A DNA stretch of 23,747 nt, from assembly GCA_965205655.1 (NCBI GenBank), contig CBDBIJ010000140.1, positions 1-23,747 of the forward strand, read 5' to 3'. Source of the stretch: Candidatus Latescibacterota bacterium (GTDB taxonomy: Bacteria > Latescibacterota > UBA2968 > UBA8231). The translations under genes and the position numbers were made by a program. Numbering within the stretch: the first letter of the stretch is position 1; each line of letters begins with the position of its first letter. Shown one piece after another: positions 1-11,156 of this stretch. The notes below the pieces were generated by a model. That model was not told where the DNA came from, made no database searches, and was given only the letters and a program-made list of their open reading frames with translations.

Positions 1-2
1 GT

Positions 3-1946
3 CGGGAAGTCGACGAGTTCCTCAAGCTCGACCTTGAATCGGTGGGCGAGCTTCTGGACGTCTGCGGGTTCGGAACCGAGAAGTGGGACCAGATCAAGGA
101 CGTCGGATTCCCGGCCTTCAGAAAGCTGGTGGACGACTACCTTGAAGCGGATGAGGACGGGGCCGGTGGAGGGAACGGCCACTTCTCGCTCGCCGACATC
201 GAGAGCGCGGTCAGCGAGGATTTGCAGCACCTCCTCTCCGATCACCCGGACCTCATCGACGACTTCGCCCGGCGCGTCGATCCCGAGACCGGCCTTTTTC
301 TGCCCAGGGAGAAGGATGTTAGGTCCAGCGATCTGTTCAGGGAGCTGGAAGAGGAGCTCAAGAAGCTCCGCAAGGGAGGCCTCAAGGCCCTCGGGCAGAT
401 CAAGGACTACGAGCTGCAAATAGAGGCGCTCCGGTCACAGCTGGCCGGCGGCAACGGACAGGGCGAGGCCGTGGCGGAGCCGGAAGCCGCAGAGGAAACG
501 GGCGATCTGGACGCGGTCGACGCAGACGAAGGAGGCGAAACGGATATCGCGGACATGGACCCCGCCACGGCGGCGCTGTTCGACCGCGGAGCCGCAATTG
601 AAGAGCTGGAGGATCGCGTCGACGAGCTCGAGAAGCAGCTCAGGTCCCGCGACCACACCATCGAAGGTCTGCAGGAGCAGCTCGAGCAGTCGGGCGGCTC
701 CAACGTCACCGAGCTCCGCAAGCGGGCTTCCGCTCTCGAGAAGCAGCTCGAGGAGGAGGTGGGGGCGCTCAAGAGGGACTTGAAGGCCCGAGATCACGCC
801 ATTGAGCAACTGCAGGAGACACTCGACGCCGCCGAGACATCGGGCGCCCAGCTCGAGGGAGCTCCTGTAGGCGCAACCAAGAGCGGCGGCGACTTGCAAC
901 AGGAGCTCGACGGGCTCAAGAAAGACCTGAAGGCCAGAGAGCACAAGATTGAGCAACTCCAGGAGCAACTCGAACAGAGTGAGTCGCCAGACTCTGAGCT
1001 CGAAGACGTGCGAAAACGCGCCGCCGTTGCCGAGAGTGAGTTGCAGGAGGAGCTCGACCAGCTCAGAAAGGACCTCAAGGCCCGGGAGCGCACTCTCGAG
1101 GGCCTGCAGGAGGAGTTGGAGCAGGCTCAGGCGGCTGTCCAGTCTGCTCAGCGCCCCGACTCACCGGATTCCGAAAGCGAGGATGACTCTGGAGGGTCCG
1201 CCGCGTCGGGACTGGACCTTGCAGCCAGCGTGGAACTGAAGAAGGAGAACGATCAGCTGCGCAGCGATCTGAGCGCCAGCGACCACACCGTCAAGACCCT
1301 ACGGCACCAGCTTGAGCAATTCGAGGAGGAGCTGGGCAAGGCGAGGGATCAGCTCGTGGCGGAGGTTCAGAAGCTGGCTGCGTTGGCATCCGGAGAGGCG
1401 GACATCAAGCCGGCGGAGGAGTTGCAGAATATGGACGCCGACGAGCTGCTCGGTTACGCCAAGGACGTGGCCGAGGACCTGGACGTACGCCGACAGACGC
1501 TGGAGGAGGGACTCCAGGGAATCGACACCGTCAAGGAGAGTTTCGAGGAGAACAGCAGGGTCTACGAAGAGCAGCAGCTGGAGCTACAGAAGCAGCTCCA
1601 TGAGCTTCGAACCTCGCTCGATGACCGGGACAGGGAGCTGCAGGTGGCCGAGAAGGCCGGTGGAGGACAGGTGTCGGCCGAGGACGCCAGGGAGACCATC
1701 GGCAAGCAGCGACAGCAGCTCGAGTTGCTCAGTACGCGCGTCAAGCAGCTCATGTCTACGAACAACGAGCTGCAGGATACCAATAAGAAGACGTATTCAG
1801 ATCTGGAGCAGGCTGTCCGCAGGCTGATGCCCTTGCGAAAGCAGATCGAAGATCTCGAGCACCTGCGCGATGCAATCTCCGCCTATATTCGGGAGAAACA
1901 CGACCGCAGCTTTTCCACCAGAAAACTGAGCGAGGTGCTCAAGTAG
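3..1946 (+). CDS. Large acidic coiled-coil protein with internal repeats, 5'-truncated by the window edge
   Basis: The frame of ORF 42..1946 is open to position 3 (REVDEFLKLDLESVGELL...). E/L/Q/K-rich heptad pattern with five copies of an LxxDLKARxHxIExLQExLE-like motif. Confidence 0.8.
   Translation, partial: REVDEFLKLDLESVGELLDVCGFGTEKWDQIKDVGFPAFRKLVDDYLEADEDGAGGGNGHFSLADIESAVSEDLQHLLSDHPDLIDDFARRVDPETGLFLPREKDVRSSDLFRELEEELKKLRKGGLKALGQIKDYELQIEALRSQLAGGNGQGEAVAEPEAAEETGDLDAVDADEGGETDIADMDPATAALFDRGAAIEELEDRVDELEKQLRSRDHTIEGLQEQLEQSGGSNVTELRKRASALEKQLEEEVGALKRDLKARDHAIEQLQETLDAAETSGAQLEGAPVGATKSGGDLQQELDGLKKDLKAREHKIEQLQEQLEQSESPDSELEDVRKRAAVAESELQEELDQLRKDLKARERTLEGLQEELEQAQAAVQSAQRPDSPDSESEDDSGGSAASGLDLAASVELKKENDQLRSDLSASDHTVKTLRHQLEQFEEELGKARDQLVAEVQKLAALASGEADIKPAEELQNMDADELLGYAKDVAEDLDVRRQTLEEGLQGIDTVKESFEENSRVYEEQQLELQKQLHELRTSLDDRDRELQVAEKAGGGQVSAEDARETIGKQRQQLELLSTRVKQLMSTNNELQDTNKKTYSDLEQAVRRLMPLRKQIEDLEHLRDAISAYIREKHDRSFSTRKLSEVLK
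627..1320 (+). repeat. Five imperfect intragenic repeats with a ~21-aa core
   Basis: LEKQLRSRDHTIEGLQEQLEQ (627), LKRDLKARDHAIEQLQETLDA (768), LKKDLKAREHKIEQLQEQLEQ (915), LRKDLKARERTLEGLQEELEQ (1062), LRSDLSASDHTVKTLRHQLEQ (1257). Spacings are 141, 147, 147 and 195 nt. Confidence 0.85.
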
Positions 1947-1994
1947 TGAGCCGGGCGCCAGCTTGGCAAACGTGGTCGGTAAGTACTACCTAAG

Positions 1995-4731
<2,737 letters not shown>

Positions 4732-4742
4732 TAGACAGAGAA

Positions 4743-4768
4743 ATAGCCGGCCCCGGAAGGCCGGCTAT
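4743..4768 (-). terminator. Probable intrinsic terminator after the desaturase
   Basis: Perfect 10-bp inverted repeat ATAGCCGGCC / GGCCGGCTAT with a 6-nt loop, followed on the minus strand by a short T-rich run (TTCTCT). Confidence 0.65.
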
Positions 4769-4794
4769 GACGTCAACCCAAGCAGTTCCGCGGC

Positions 4795-6243
4795 TCAGAC
4801 AACCGCCGGTAGAAGCCCTCCCAGCTCGTCCATTTCCCTGCGCAGCGCCCTGCCCCGCTGGCTCGCCTGCTCGCCCAACTCTTGCAGCTCACTCTTCAAG
4901 TGAGAGCCGGTAGTCGTCATGAAATCGCTGAGCTCCTGCATGTCGAGTTTTGCGTGTTTGCCCCGGGCGGCGACCTCCTCGCCCAGTTCCTGGATTTCGC
5001 GGGCGAGCATCCGCGCCTTGGCGGCCACCAGCTCGTTGAGATTCTGCCTCTCGGCGCCGAGTTGGCGGCCGCGCCGGGCAACCATATCCTGCAGGTGCTT
5101 CAGTTCGGCGTGGAGATGGCGCCTCTTTTCGGCTACCTGGGCCCCGAGCTCGCGGGCCTCGCTCCTGAGGAGCCCCACCTTGTCCACTACCTGATCGCTC
5201 AGAGTCTGCATCTCGGCGCGCAGGGTTCCCGCCTTTTCCCCTACCTGCTCGCTCATGGCCTGGATCTCGACTCGAAGCACCCGCGCCCGCGCCGCGAACT
5301 GATCGCTCAATTCCTGAATCTCACTCCGCAGAACGGTGATCGGCTTGATGTCGCCGCCGAGCCGTTTCGATTCCCGCAACATCGAGCGGTTGATCCTTCC
5401 CTCTTCGAGGATCTTGAACGGCACGGGAGTCAGGCTGTGGACGAGCCTCATCCAGACCATCGCCTTGAGTATGTAGTAGGTGATATCGAATTCGTACCAG
5501 TAGAAACCGTTTCGCGTGGATGCCTGATAGCGGTGATGATTGTTGTGCCAACCCTCGCCGAGCGCCAGCAGACCGAGAAACCAGTGATTTCGACTTTCGT
5601 CCCCGGTCGAAAAGTACTGCCGGCCGATAATATGAGTCACGGAGTTGATACAATAGGTGACGTGCATCACCAGCACGGTGGGCATGAAAAATCCCCACAC
5701 CACGAAATGCCATCCCCCCACGAGAAACAATCCGAATCCAAGCAGAATGGGCGCCAGATACCAGTGGCGTTCCAGCCAGAGCAGCTCTTTGTATCTGGCC
5801 AGGTCCTTTATGACATCGTAGTCGGTCTCGGCACTCTCTGTGTAGAGAAACCAGAGGAAATGCGTGTGCCAGAAACCCTCTTCCGAAGAGTGCGGATCGC
5901 TGGGAGTGTCGCTGTGCTTGTGATGCTTGCGGTGGTGGGCCGCCCACCACAGCGCCCCTTTCTGACTCGCCGTCGCCCCCAGCAAGGCGGCGACAAACTG
6001 CATGACGCGGCCCAACTTGAACGTGCGATGGGAAAAATAGCGATGGTAGAATGCGGTGATGGCGAACATCCGCACGAGATAGGACGCCGCACACAGTGCC
6101 AATCCGGTCCACGAAAGGTAGGTCGTGAACGCGGTCAGAATTGACAACTGGATGAGACAGAACGGGAGCGCACCCATCGGGATCGTGCCTCTGTCTGACT
6201 TCCACAGAGCGATTCTGGTATCTCCTGCAGTGGTTTGCGTCAT
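4795..6243 (-). CDS. Acyl-CoA (delta-9-type) fatty acid desaturase with a C-terminal amphipathic repeat extension
   Basis: Three His boxes (HRYFSH, HRKHH, HNNHH), GEGWHNNHH motif and hydrophobic TM segments, followed by a ~180-aa helical tail. Confidence 0.92.
   Translation of the reverse strand: MTQTTAGDTRIALWKSDRGTIPMGALPFCLIQLSILTAFTTYLSWTGLALCAASYLVRMFAITAFYHRYFSHRTFKLGRVMQFVAALLGATASQKGALWWAAHHRKHHKHSDTPSDPHSSEEGFWHTHFLWFLYTESAETDYDVIKDLARYKELLWLERHWYLAPILLGFGLFLVGGWHFVVWGFFMPTVLVMHVTYCINSVTHIIGRQYFSTGDESRNHWFLGLLALGEGWHNNHHRYQASTRNGFYWYEFDITYYILKAMVWMRLVHSLTPVPFKILEEGRINRSMLRESKRLGGDIKPITVLRSEIQELSDQFAARARVLRVEIQAMSEQVGEKAGTLRAEMQTLSDQVVDKVGLLRSEARELGAQVAEKRRHLHAELKHLQDMVARRGRQLGAERQNLNELVAAKARMLAREIQELGEEVAARGKHAKLDMQELSDFMTTTGSHLKSELQELGEQASQRGRALRREMDELGGLLPAVV
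4798..5331 (-). repeat. Ten tandem 18-aa (54-nt) repeats in the desaturase tail
   Basis: LRSEIQELSDQFAARARV / LRVEIQAMSEQVGEKAGT / LRAEMQTLSDQVVDKVGL / LRSEARELGAQVAEKRRH / LHAELKHLQDMVARRGRQ / LGAERQNLNELVAAKARM / LAREIQELGEEVAARGKH / AKLDMQELSDFMTTTGSH / LKSELQELGEQASQRGRA / LRREMDELGGLLPAVV, with no gaps. Confidence 0.92.
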
Positions 6244-6382
6244 CTGTTATGCTCAGTGTTGTGTATGGGCCTGAAAATCGGAGTGCCGTGGACGAGCCCA
6301 AAATAGTGCCATCGACGGCCTAAGATAAGGATCGCGCCGCTGCGGAGCAAGTAGAATAGGTGGCGATCGGACGATGGAACTA

Positions 6383-6426
6383 TTTGCCCTACTTTGCCCT
6401 ACAATAAATTAGCGCATCCTTTGCCC
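6383..6426. repeat. Tandem 10-bp direct repeat in a divergent intergenic region
   Basis: TTTGCCCTAC at 6383-6392 and 6393-6402, with a partial third copy TTTGCCC at 6420-6426. Confidence 0.55.
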
Positions 6427-6530
6427 AAGGCTGAATTCGCTCACCATGTGCGAGGCTATTTAGTATATTGATGGAAGGGCGGGAGTCCGTGACGGGAGAG
6501 CGAAGAGCGCGGCACTGACCGACCACCAAT

Positions 6531-6737
6531 ATGCCCGGCTGTGACAGAGCTTCGATTCCCGGCCTGTGCGGGGACTGCCTGCACGCCAGGGAGGTGCGCT
6601 CCGGGCGGGGATCGGTCTTTCGCCTCTGCGGTCGCGCCGCCACCGATCCCGCCTACGGCAAATACCCCTACCTGCCGGTCCTCGACTGCCCGGGATTCGG
6701 GTCGCGAGACGGTCTGCGAGAGCGGAATCATGGCTAA
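6531..6737 (+). CDS. Small Cys-rich hypothetical protein, possibly metal-binding
   Basis: 68 aa, GLCGDCLHAR...RGSVFRLC...DPAYGKYPYLPVLDCPGF (Cx2Cx16Cx19C). Its stop overlaps the next gene's start region by 8 nt. Confidence 0.65.
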   Translation: MPGCDRASIPGLCGDCLHAREVRSGRGSVFRLCGRAATDPAYGKYPYLPVLDCPGFGSRDGLRERNHG

Positions 6738-6860
6738 AGCGAAAACCCGGTCGGCTCCCAGAATTACCAAACCAAAGCCCCGGCGCGGTGCTCCGGGCAA
6801 GTCTCAGCCTATCCTCCCTCTCAAGACTGGAGCCGGCCTGCTCCTACTCTGTGTCTTTAG

Positions 6861-8498
6861 CCTGAATTATTCATAAAAATGCGGTGACCTCTTGTACAAC
6901 TGGTTGTTTTGCCCTGAGTTAGGGTTGGACACAAACAACAACCATTTGAGAGGACACCGCGATGGAAAGGTCGCAGATCACGTTATCCTTTGCAAGCATC
7001 TCGGGCAGGAAGATCGAAGCCGATTTTGACGGCGGCACGACGACCAGCGATGGGGGCGCCCTGCTCCTGCGGCAGGCGGAATCCAAGATAGGGATCGTAG
7101 ACCGAATCGTAAGGGCGTTGTGTGATCGCCGACATCAAAGCTATATCGACCATACCTATACCGACCTCATCAAGCAGCGCGTCTTCCAGATCGCCTGCGG
7201 GTACGAGGACGCCAATGACAGCAACGACCTGCGTTCAGATCCGGCTCTGAAGGCAGCATGCGATCGACTCCCCCTGACGGGAGCCGATCTGGCCAGTCAA
7301 CCGACCATGTCTCGTTTCGAGAACAGTATCAGCCGCACGGACCTCTACCGAATCGGGCTCGCGTTACTGGAAACATTCATCGAGTCCTACGACAAGCCGC
7401 CGAAGAAGATCATCCTGGACATTGATGACACGGATGATGCCACGCACGGTTCACAGCAACTGTCGTTGTTTCACGCTTACTATGACGAGTACTGCTACCT
7501 GCCCGTCCATCTCTACGAAGCAGAGACAGGCAAGTTGATCACCACCATTCTGCGACCCGGTCGTAGAATCCGTGGCCGCGAGGCCGCGGCGATTCTCAGA
7601 CGCGTTCTGGATCATATCCTCATGGCCTGGCCGCAGGTGCAGATCACCTTGCGTGGTGACGCGCACTTTAGCACCCCGGAGGTGCACGACCTGTGCGACG
7701 AATACGGCCTAGCGTTCATTCTCGGACAAGCGGTCAACCAGAAGCTCAAAGCGCTCGGCGCACCGCTGATGGAGCAGGCAGCCGCCCTGGCGGAGCAGAC
7801 CGAAAAGCCGGTGCGGCTCTTTACACGCTTCGATTATCAGGCCGATAGCTGGAGCCGTCCGCGCCAGATCATCTACAAGGCCGAGATTACGCAAGGAAAG
7901 GCCAACCCGCGTTTTGTGGTCACGAACATTCGGAACCGAACGCCCAGGTTTCTGTATGAGAAGGTCTACTGTGCTCGCGGACGATCGGAAGGGTTCATCA
8001 AGAATCACAAGACCTTCCTGAACTCCGACCGGACCTCCTGCCATCGATTCCCGGCAAACCAATTCCGCCTCTTCCTGCACAGCGCCACCTATGTGCTTGT
8101 GCACGCGATCAAACATATCGGCATGCGAGGCACCCAATGGACGACGTCCAACTTCGACACGATCCAACTCCGCGTCCTCAAAATCGGCGCCAGAGTACGG
8201 GAGCAAACCACCACGGTGCGCTTTCACTTTCCGACGTCATATCCGCTCAAGGACTTGATGAGGTTGATCGTCTACAACCTCGACACCGCGTAATGCGCAC
8301 GATGACGACGCACCAAAAAATCGATCATCAGCACGACCAAGGGATCAGTCTGTCCGGAGGAAATGCAACACCGCCTGACACATCGACCTACGACCAAGAA
8401 ACACGGACCCGAAAATCACACTTGAGCGAGAAACGCCTCAGTGCTTCATCATTTACCGAATCCCGATCAAACCTGAGCGAATTTATGAATTATTCAGG
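6861..8498 (+). mobile_element. IS1380-family insertion sequence (1638 bp)
   Basis: Terminal inverted repeats CCTGAATTATTCATAAA (6861-6877) and TTTATGAATTATTCAGG (8482-8498) match at 16/17. Flanks are TTAG and CTAG. Encloses one transposase. Confidence 0.93.
6962..8293 (+). CDS. IS1380-family DDE transposase
   Basis: FDGGTTTSDGG, GYEDAND, LASQPTMSRFEN, IILDIDDT, LRGDAHF and YCARGRSEGFIK motifs. GAGG RBS upstream. Confidence 0.95.
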   Translation: MERSQITLSFASISGRKIEADFDGGTTTSDGGALLLRQAESKIGIVDRIVRALCDRRHQSYIDHTYTDLIKQRVFQIACGYEDANDSNDLRSDPALKAACDRLPLTGADLASQPTMSRFENSISRTDLYRIGLALLETFIESYDKPPKKIILDIDDTDDATHGSQQLSLFHAYYDEYCYLPVHLYEAETGKLITTILRPGRRIRGREAAAILRRVLDHILMAWPQVQITLRGDAHFSTPEVHDLCDEYGLAFILGQAVNQKLKALGAPLMEQAAALAEQTEKPVRLFTRFDYQADSWSRPRQIIYKAEITQGKANPRFVVTNIRNRTPRFLYEKVYCARGRSEGFIKNHKTFLNSDRTSCHRFPANQFRLFLHSATYVLVHAIKHIGMRGTQWTTSNFDTIQLRVLKIGARVREQTTTVRFHFPTSYPLKDLMRLIVYNLDTA

Positions 8499-8764
8499 CT
8501 AGTATGGTTCGGGTACGCCGGTTTCAATGATCGCACCTACGATGCCTTCAGCGAGGCTGGAGACGGGGCCTTCGGGCGGCGCAACTTCGACTATGCCGAG
8601 CGTATGTATCGGGAGGCGCTGCAGGAAGCGGAGCGCATCGACCCCGCGGGCTCGAAGGTCGTGGAAACACTCCTCGACCTCGGCCGCACCTACAAGGCGT
8701 TGGGCCGGAACGAGCTCGCCGGGGACATGCTTGAGCGCGCGCGCGCCATTCGCGGCAGGCGCGG

Positions 8765-9496
8765 TTAGCCTTTGCGCACGCGCCGAGCCAACTCCGCCTG
8801 GATCTGCCGACACTCTTTCTGAGCCTCCGCGAGCCCCTTTATCGACATGTTCACCTGATCGAGATAGTCGAGCACCACGGCCTCCGCCGCCGCGTAGTCG
8901 GCACAGACGCCGGCCACTTCGCTGGCGATCTCGTTCGGGATCGTCGTTACTCCGTTGCAATCTCCGTAGAGGAGGTCGCCGGGGACGATGACTATACCTC
9001 CGACGTGAACGGGTATCCCGATATGAACGTTGTAGCCGTAGCCGTGTGAGGAGATGGCGCCGTTCGTGAAGGCGTGGAAACCGAGCTCTCTTACCTGGTC
9101 CAGGTCCCGTCCTGGACCGCTGGTGATGATTCCGGCGGCGCCGAATTTCTTGTAGGCCTTGCACATCATGTCGCCGAAGTTCGCCGCCACTTTCGGCTCA
9201 TCCAGATCCTGATACACCACGACCGCCGGCCCGGGCAGTGATTCGAAGCTCTTCAGCTGTTCCTCCATGCTGATCTTTGAATCCCCCTCCCCCGGAGCGC
9301 TCGCACAGCGTCGCGTGGCGGTGGTGGCATATCCCACCATGGGCGGCATCTCCGGAAAGCAGGCTCGTATGTGCTCGTTCATGTACCCCCGGTCGCGAGG
9401 GCGCACATCGAACAACTCGATAGCATTGCAGACCGTGGGCGAATCGTACTTCTTCAGCTCCTCGATATCCCGCGCGGACAACCCCTCGCTCGCCAT
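8765..9496 (-). CDS. RraA family / HMG-CHA aldolase-like protein
   Basis: DSPTVCNAIE, PMVGYATT, AANFGDMM, GPGRDLD, PVHVGGIVIVPGDLLYGDCNGVTTIP. GGAG RBS upstream. Confidence 0.88.
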   Translation of the reverse strand: MASEGLSARDIEELKKYDSPTVCNAIELFDVRPRDRGYMNEHIRACFPEMPPMVGYATTATRRCASAPGEGDSKISMEEQLKSFESLPGPAVVVYQDLDEPKVAANFGDMMCKAYKKFGAAGIITSGPGRDLDQVRELGFHAFTNGAISSHGYGYNVHIGIPVHVGGIVIVPGDLLYGDCNGVTTIPNEIASEVAGVCADYAAAEAVVLDYLDQVNMSIKGLAEAQKECRQIQAELARRVRKG

Positions 9497-9622
9497 TTCC
9501 TAGTCTCTCCCGTTCGCTCGTATGCGGCAGCACATGGGCTGCCCAAGATACCCGCTTGCCAGAAAGTCGTCAAAAAACCTTCCTTGCCCTTCCGGAGGAA
9601 ACTACATATATCTAGACTAGTT

Positions 9623-9781
9623 ATGCGGCCCGATTTCTTGGACGTTGTCCGCGACCCCCGACTGATCGCCGCGGGCAGTCTCCTCCTCGGGTGTTATCTC
9701 TTGCGCGACACCCTTCGCACGTTGCTCTACATCCTCGACTCCTCACGCCGCTCGAAGCGCCTCCCGGCTGACCGCACGTAG
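9623..9781 (+). CDS. Possible 52-aa membrane peptide
   Basis: MRPDFLDVVRDPRLIAAGSLLLGCYLLRDTLRTLLYILDSSRRSKRLPADRT*. It fills the gap after an AT-rich promoter-like patch. No correctly spaced SD. Confidence 0.35.
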   Translation: MRPDFLDVVRDPRLIAAGSLLLGCYLLRDTLRTLLYILDSSRRSKRLPADRT

Positions 9782-9826
9782 TGCTGTGTCGGAGCGAGTC
9801 CTTCGCTCCCAAGCACGCCGAAAATT

Positions 9827-11114
9827 TTGAAGACTGACCATCGCGTCATCGTCGGTGACTGCCGCAGTATGCGGGAGCTGGACGATGGATCCGTTCATCT
9901 CGTCGTCACATCGCCGCCATACTGGCAGCTCAAGGACTACGGTTCTCCGCAGCAGCTGGGGTTCTGCGACTCGTACGAGGACTATATCAACAACCTCAAC
10001 CTCGTATGGCACGAGTGTCATCGAGTGCTCCACGATGGTTGCAGGCTGTGCATCAATATCGGTGACCAGTTCGCCCGCGCCGCCTATTACGGCCGCTACA
10101 AGGTCATCCCCATCCGCACCGAGATCATTCGATATCTGCGAGGCGGTCGGGTTCGACTACATGGGCGCCATCATCTGGCAGAAGGTGACGACGACGAATA
10201 CGTCGGGCGGCGCCACCGTCATGGGTTCCTATCCCTACCCCAGAAACGGCATCGTCAGGCTGGACTACGAGTTCATTCTCCTGTTCAGAAAGAGCGGCAA
10301 ACCACCCCTCGCTGCCGCGGCTCGAAAGGAGAGATCGAAGCTCACCACTGAGGAGTGGCAGACCTATTTCAGCGGTCACTGGAACTTCCCGGGCGAAAGG
10401 CAGGAAGATCATCTCGCCGCCTACCCGCTCGAGTTGCCCCATCGCCTCATCAAGATGTTCTCGCTGGTGGGCGACCGGGTCCTCGACCCCTTCCTCGGCA
10501 GCGGCACGACCTGCCTCGCCGCCGGTCTACTCGAGCGACATTCTGTGGGGTATGAGATACACCCCGACTTCGTGTCCGTCATCCGCAAAAAGATCGGCGC
10601 TATCGAGATTGCTTGCGAAAAACGATCGCCGAATGCGGTTTGCGACCTCGACGGCCTATTGGCGCAGCTTCCGTATCGATTCCGCGACCATGTTCGCTGC
10701 GAGCTCAAGGTCGATCCGCGCCGCAAGCGCTTCGGTTCGAGGGTCGAGGGCAGCGAGCCGCGGCACCTGGACGATCTGCATTCTGTCGTCCGGATCGCCT
10801 CACCCGATTCGGTGGTGCTGGACACGGGGCAGACAGTGCGCCTTCTCGGCGTTCGATCGCTGAAGCGCACGAAAAGGAAAGCCGAGGCCCACCTGAAGGA
10901 CATCATCGGGCGCCAGAAGGTGTACTTGAGATTCGACGAGTCGACGACTGAGGGCAATGGCCTCGTTCGCGCCTACCTGTATCTGCGAAATCGCACCCCT
11001 GTAAACCGCCACTTGATCCGCAGCGGTCTCGTGGGTGTCGACACGTCTCTGGACTACCGTTTCAAGAATGCGTTTCTGGAAGAGTGGAAAAAGGCGCGGG
11101 GTAAGCTGCGATAG
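9827..11114 (+). CDS. Beta-class N4C/N6A DNA methyltransferase with a C-terminal SNase (thermonuclease)-like domain; single-base frameshift near 10134
   Basis: Motif IV TSPPYW precedes motif I DPFLGSGTT. Removing one base in CGA TAT C TGC joins ORFs 9827.. and ..11114 into ~428 aa (EIIR[F/Y]CEAVGFDYMGAIIWQK). C-terminus has TVRLLGV...AYLYL...VNRHLIRSGL. TTG start. Confidence 0.88.
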
Positions 11115-11156
11115 CAGAAGAGCTGCGCCGGCAGAAGAGCTGCTCTTGAGCAGCTC
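11114..11156. terminator. Inverted/direct repeat cluster between convergent genes, possible bidirectional terminator
   Basis: GCAGAAGAGCTGC occurs twice (11114-11126, 11131-11143). Inverted repeat GAGCTGCTC-TT-GAGCAGCTC at 11137-11156. No U-tract. Confidence 0.4.

Larger units (their letters stand above)
6730..8768 (+). pseudogene. Small membrane-anchored TPR-like protein interrupted by IS1380 (fragments 6730..6860 and 8499..8768)
   Basis: The 5' part MAKAKTRS...KTGAGLLLLCV ends at the IS. The 3' part is LVWFGYAGFND...GDGAFGRRNFDYAERMYREALQEAE...TLLDLGRTYKALGRNELAGDMLERARAIRGRRG*, with TPR-like helix pairs. The two halves complete one hydrophobic segment, but the join needs a 1-2 nt correction. 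Confidence 0.72.

Noticed and set aside
4882..6144. 420-aa plus-strand ORF and other long antisense ORFs (e.g. 3469..4248, 13720..14649, 15407..16183)
   Set aside because: They are shadows of well-supported genes on the opposite strand in GC-rich DNA and contain no recognisable motifs.
6545..6570. TTCGATTCCC resembling a tRNA T-loop
   Set aside because: No cloverleaf or acceptor stem could be built, and it lies inside the Cys-rich ORF.
6566..6865. Alternative frame that joins the post-IS TPR fragment without correction
   Set aside because: Its translation is R/P/S-rich and not protein-like, and it overlaps two better ORFs. The MAKAK frame supplies the matching half of the TM helix.
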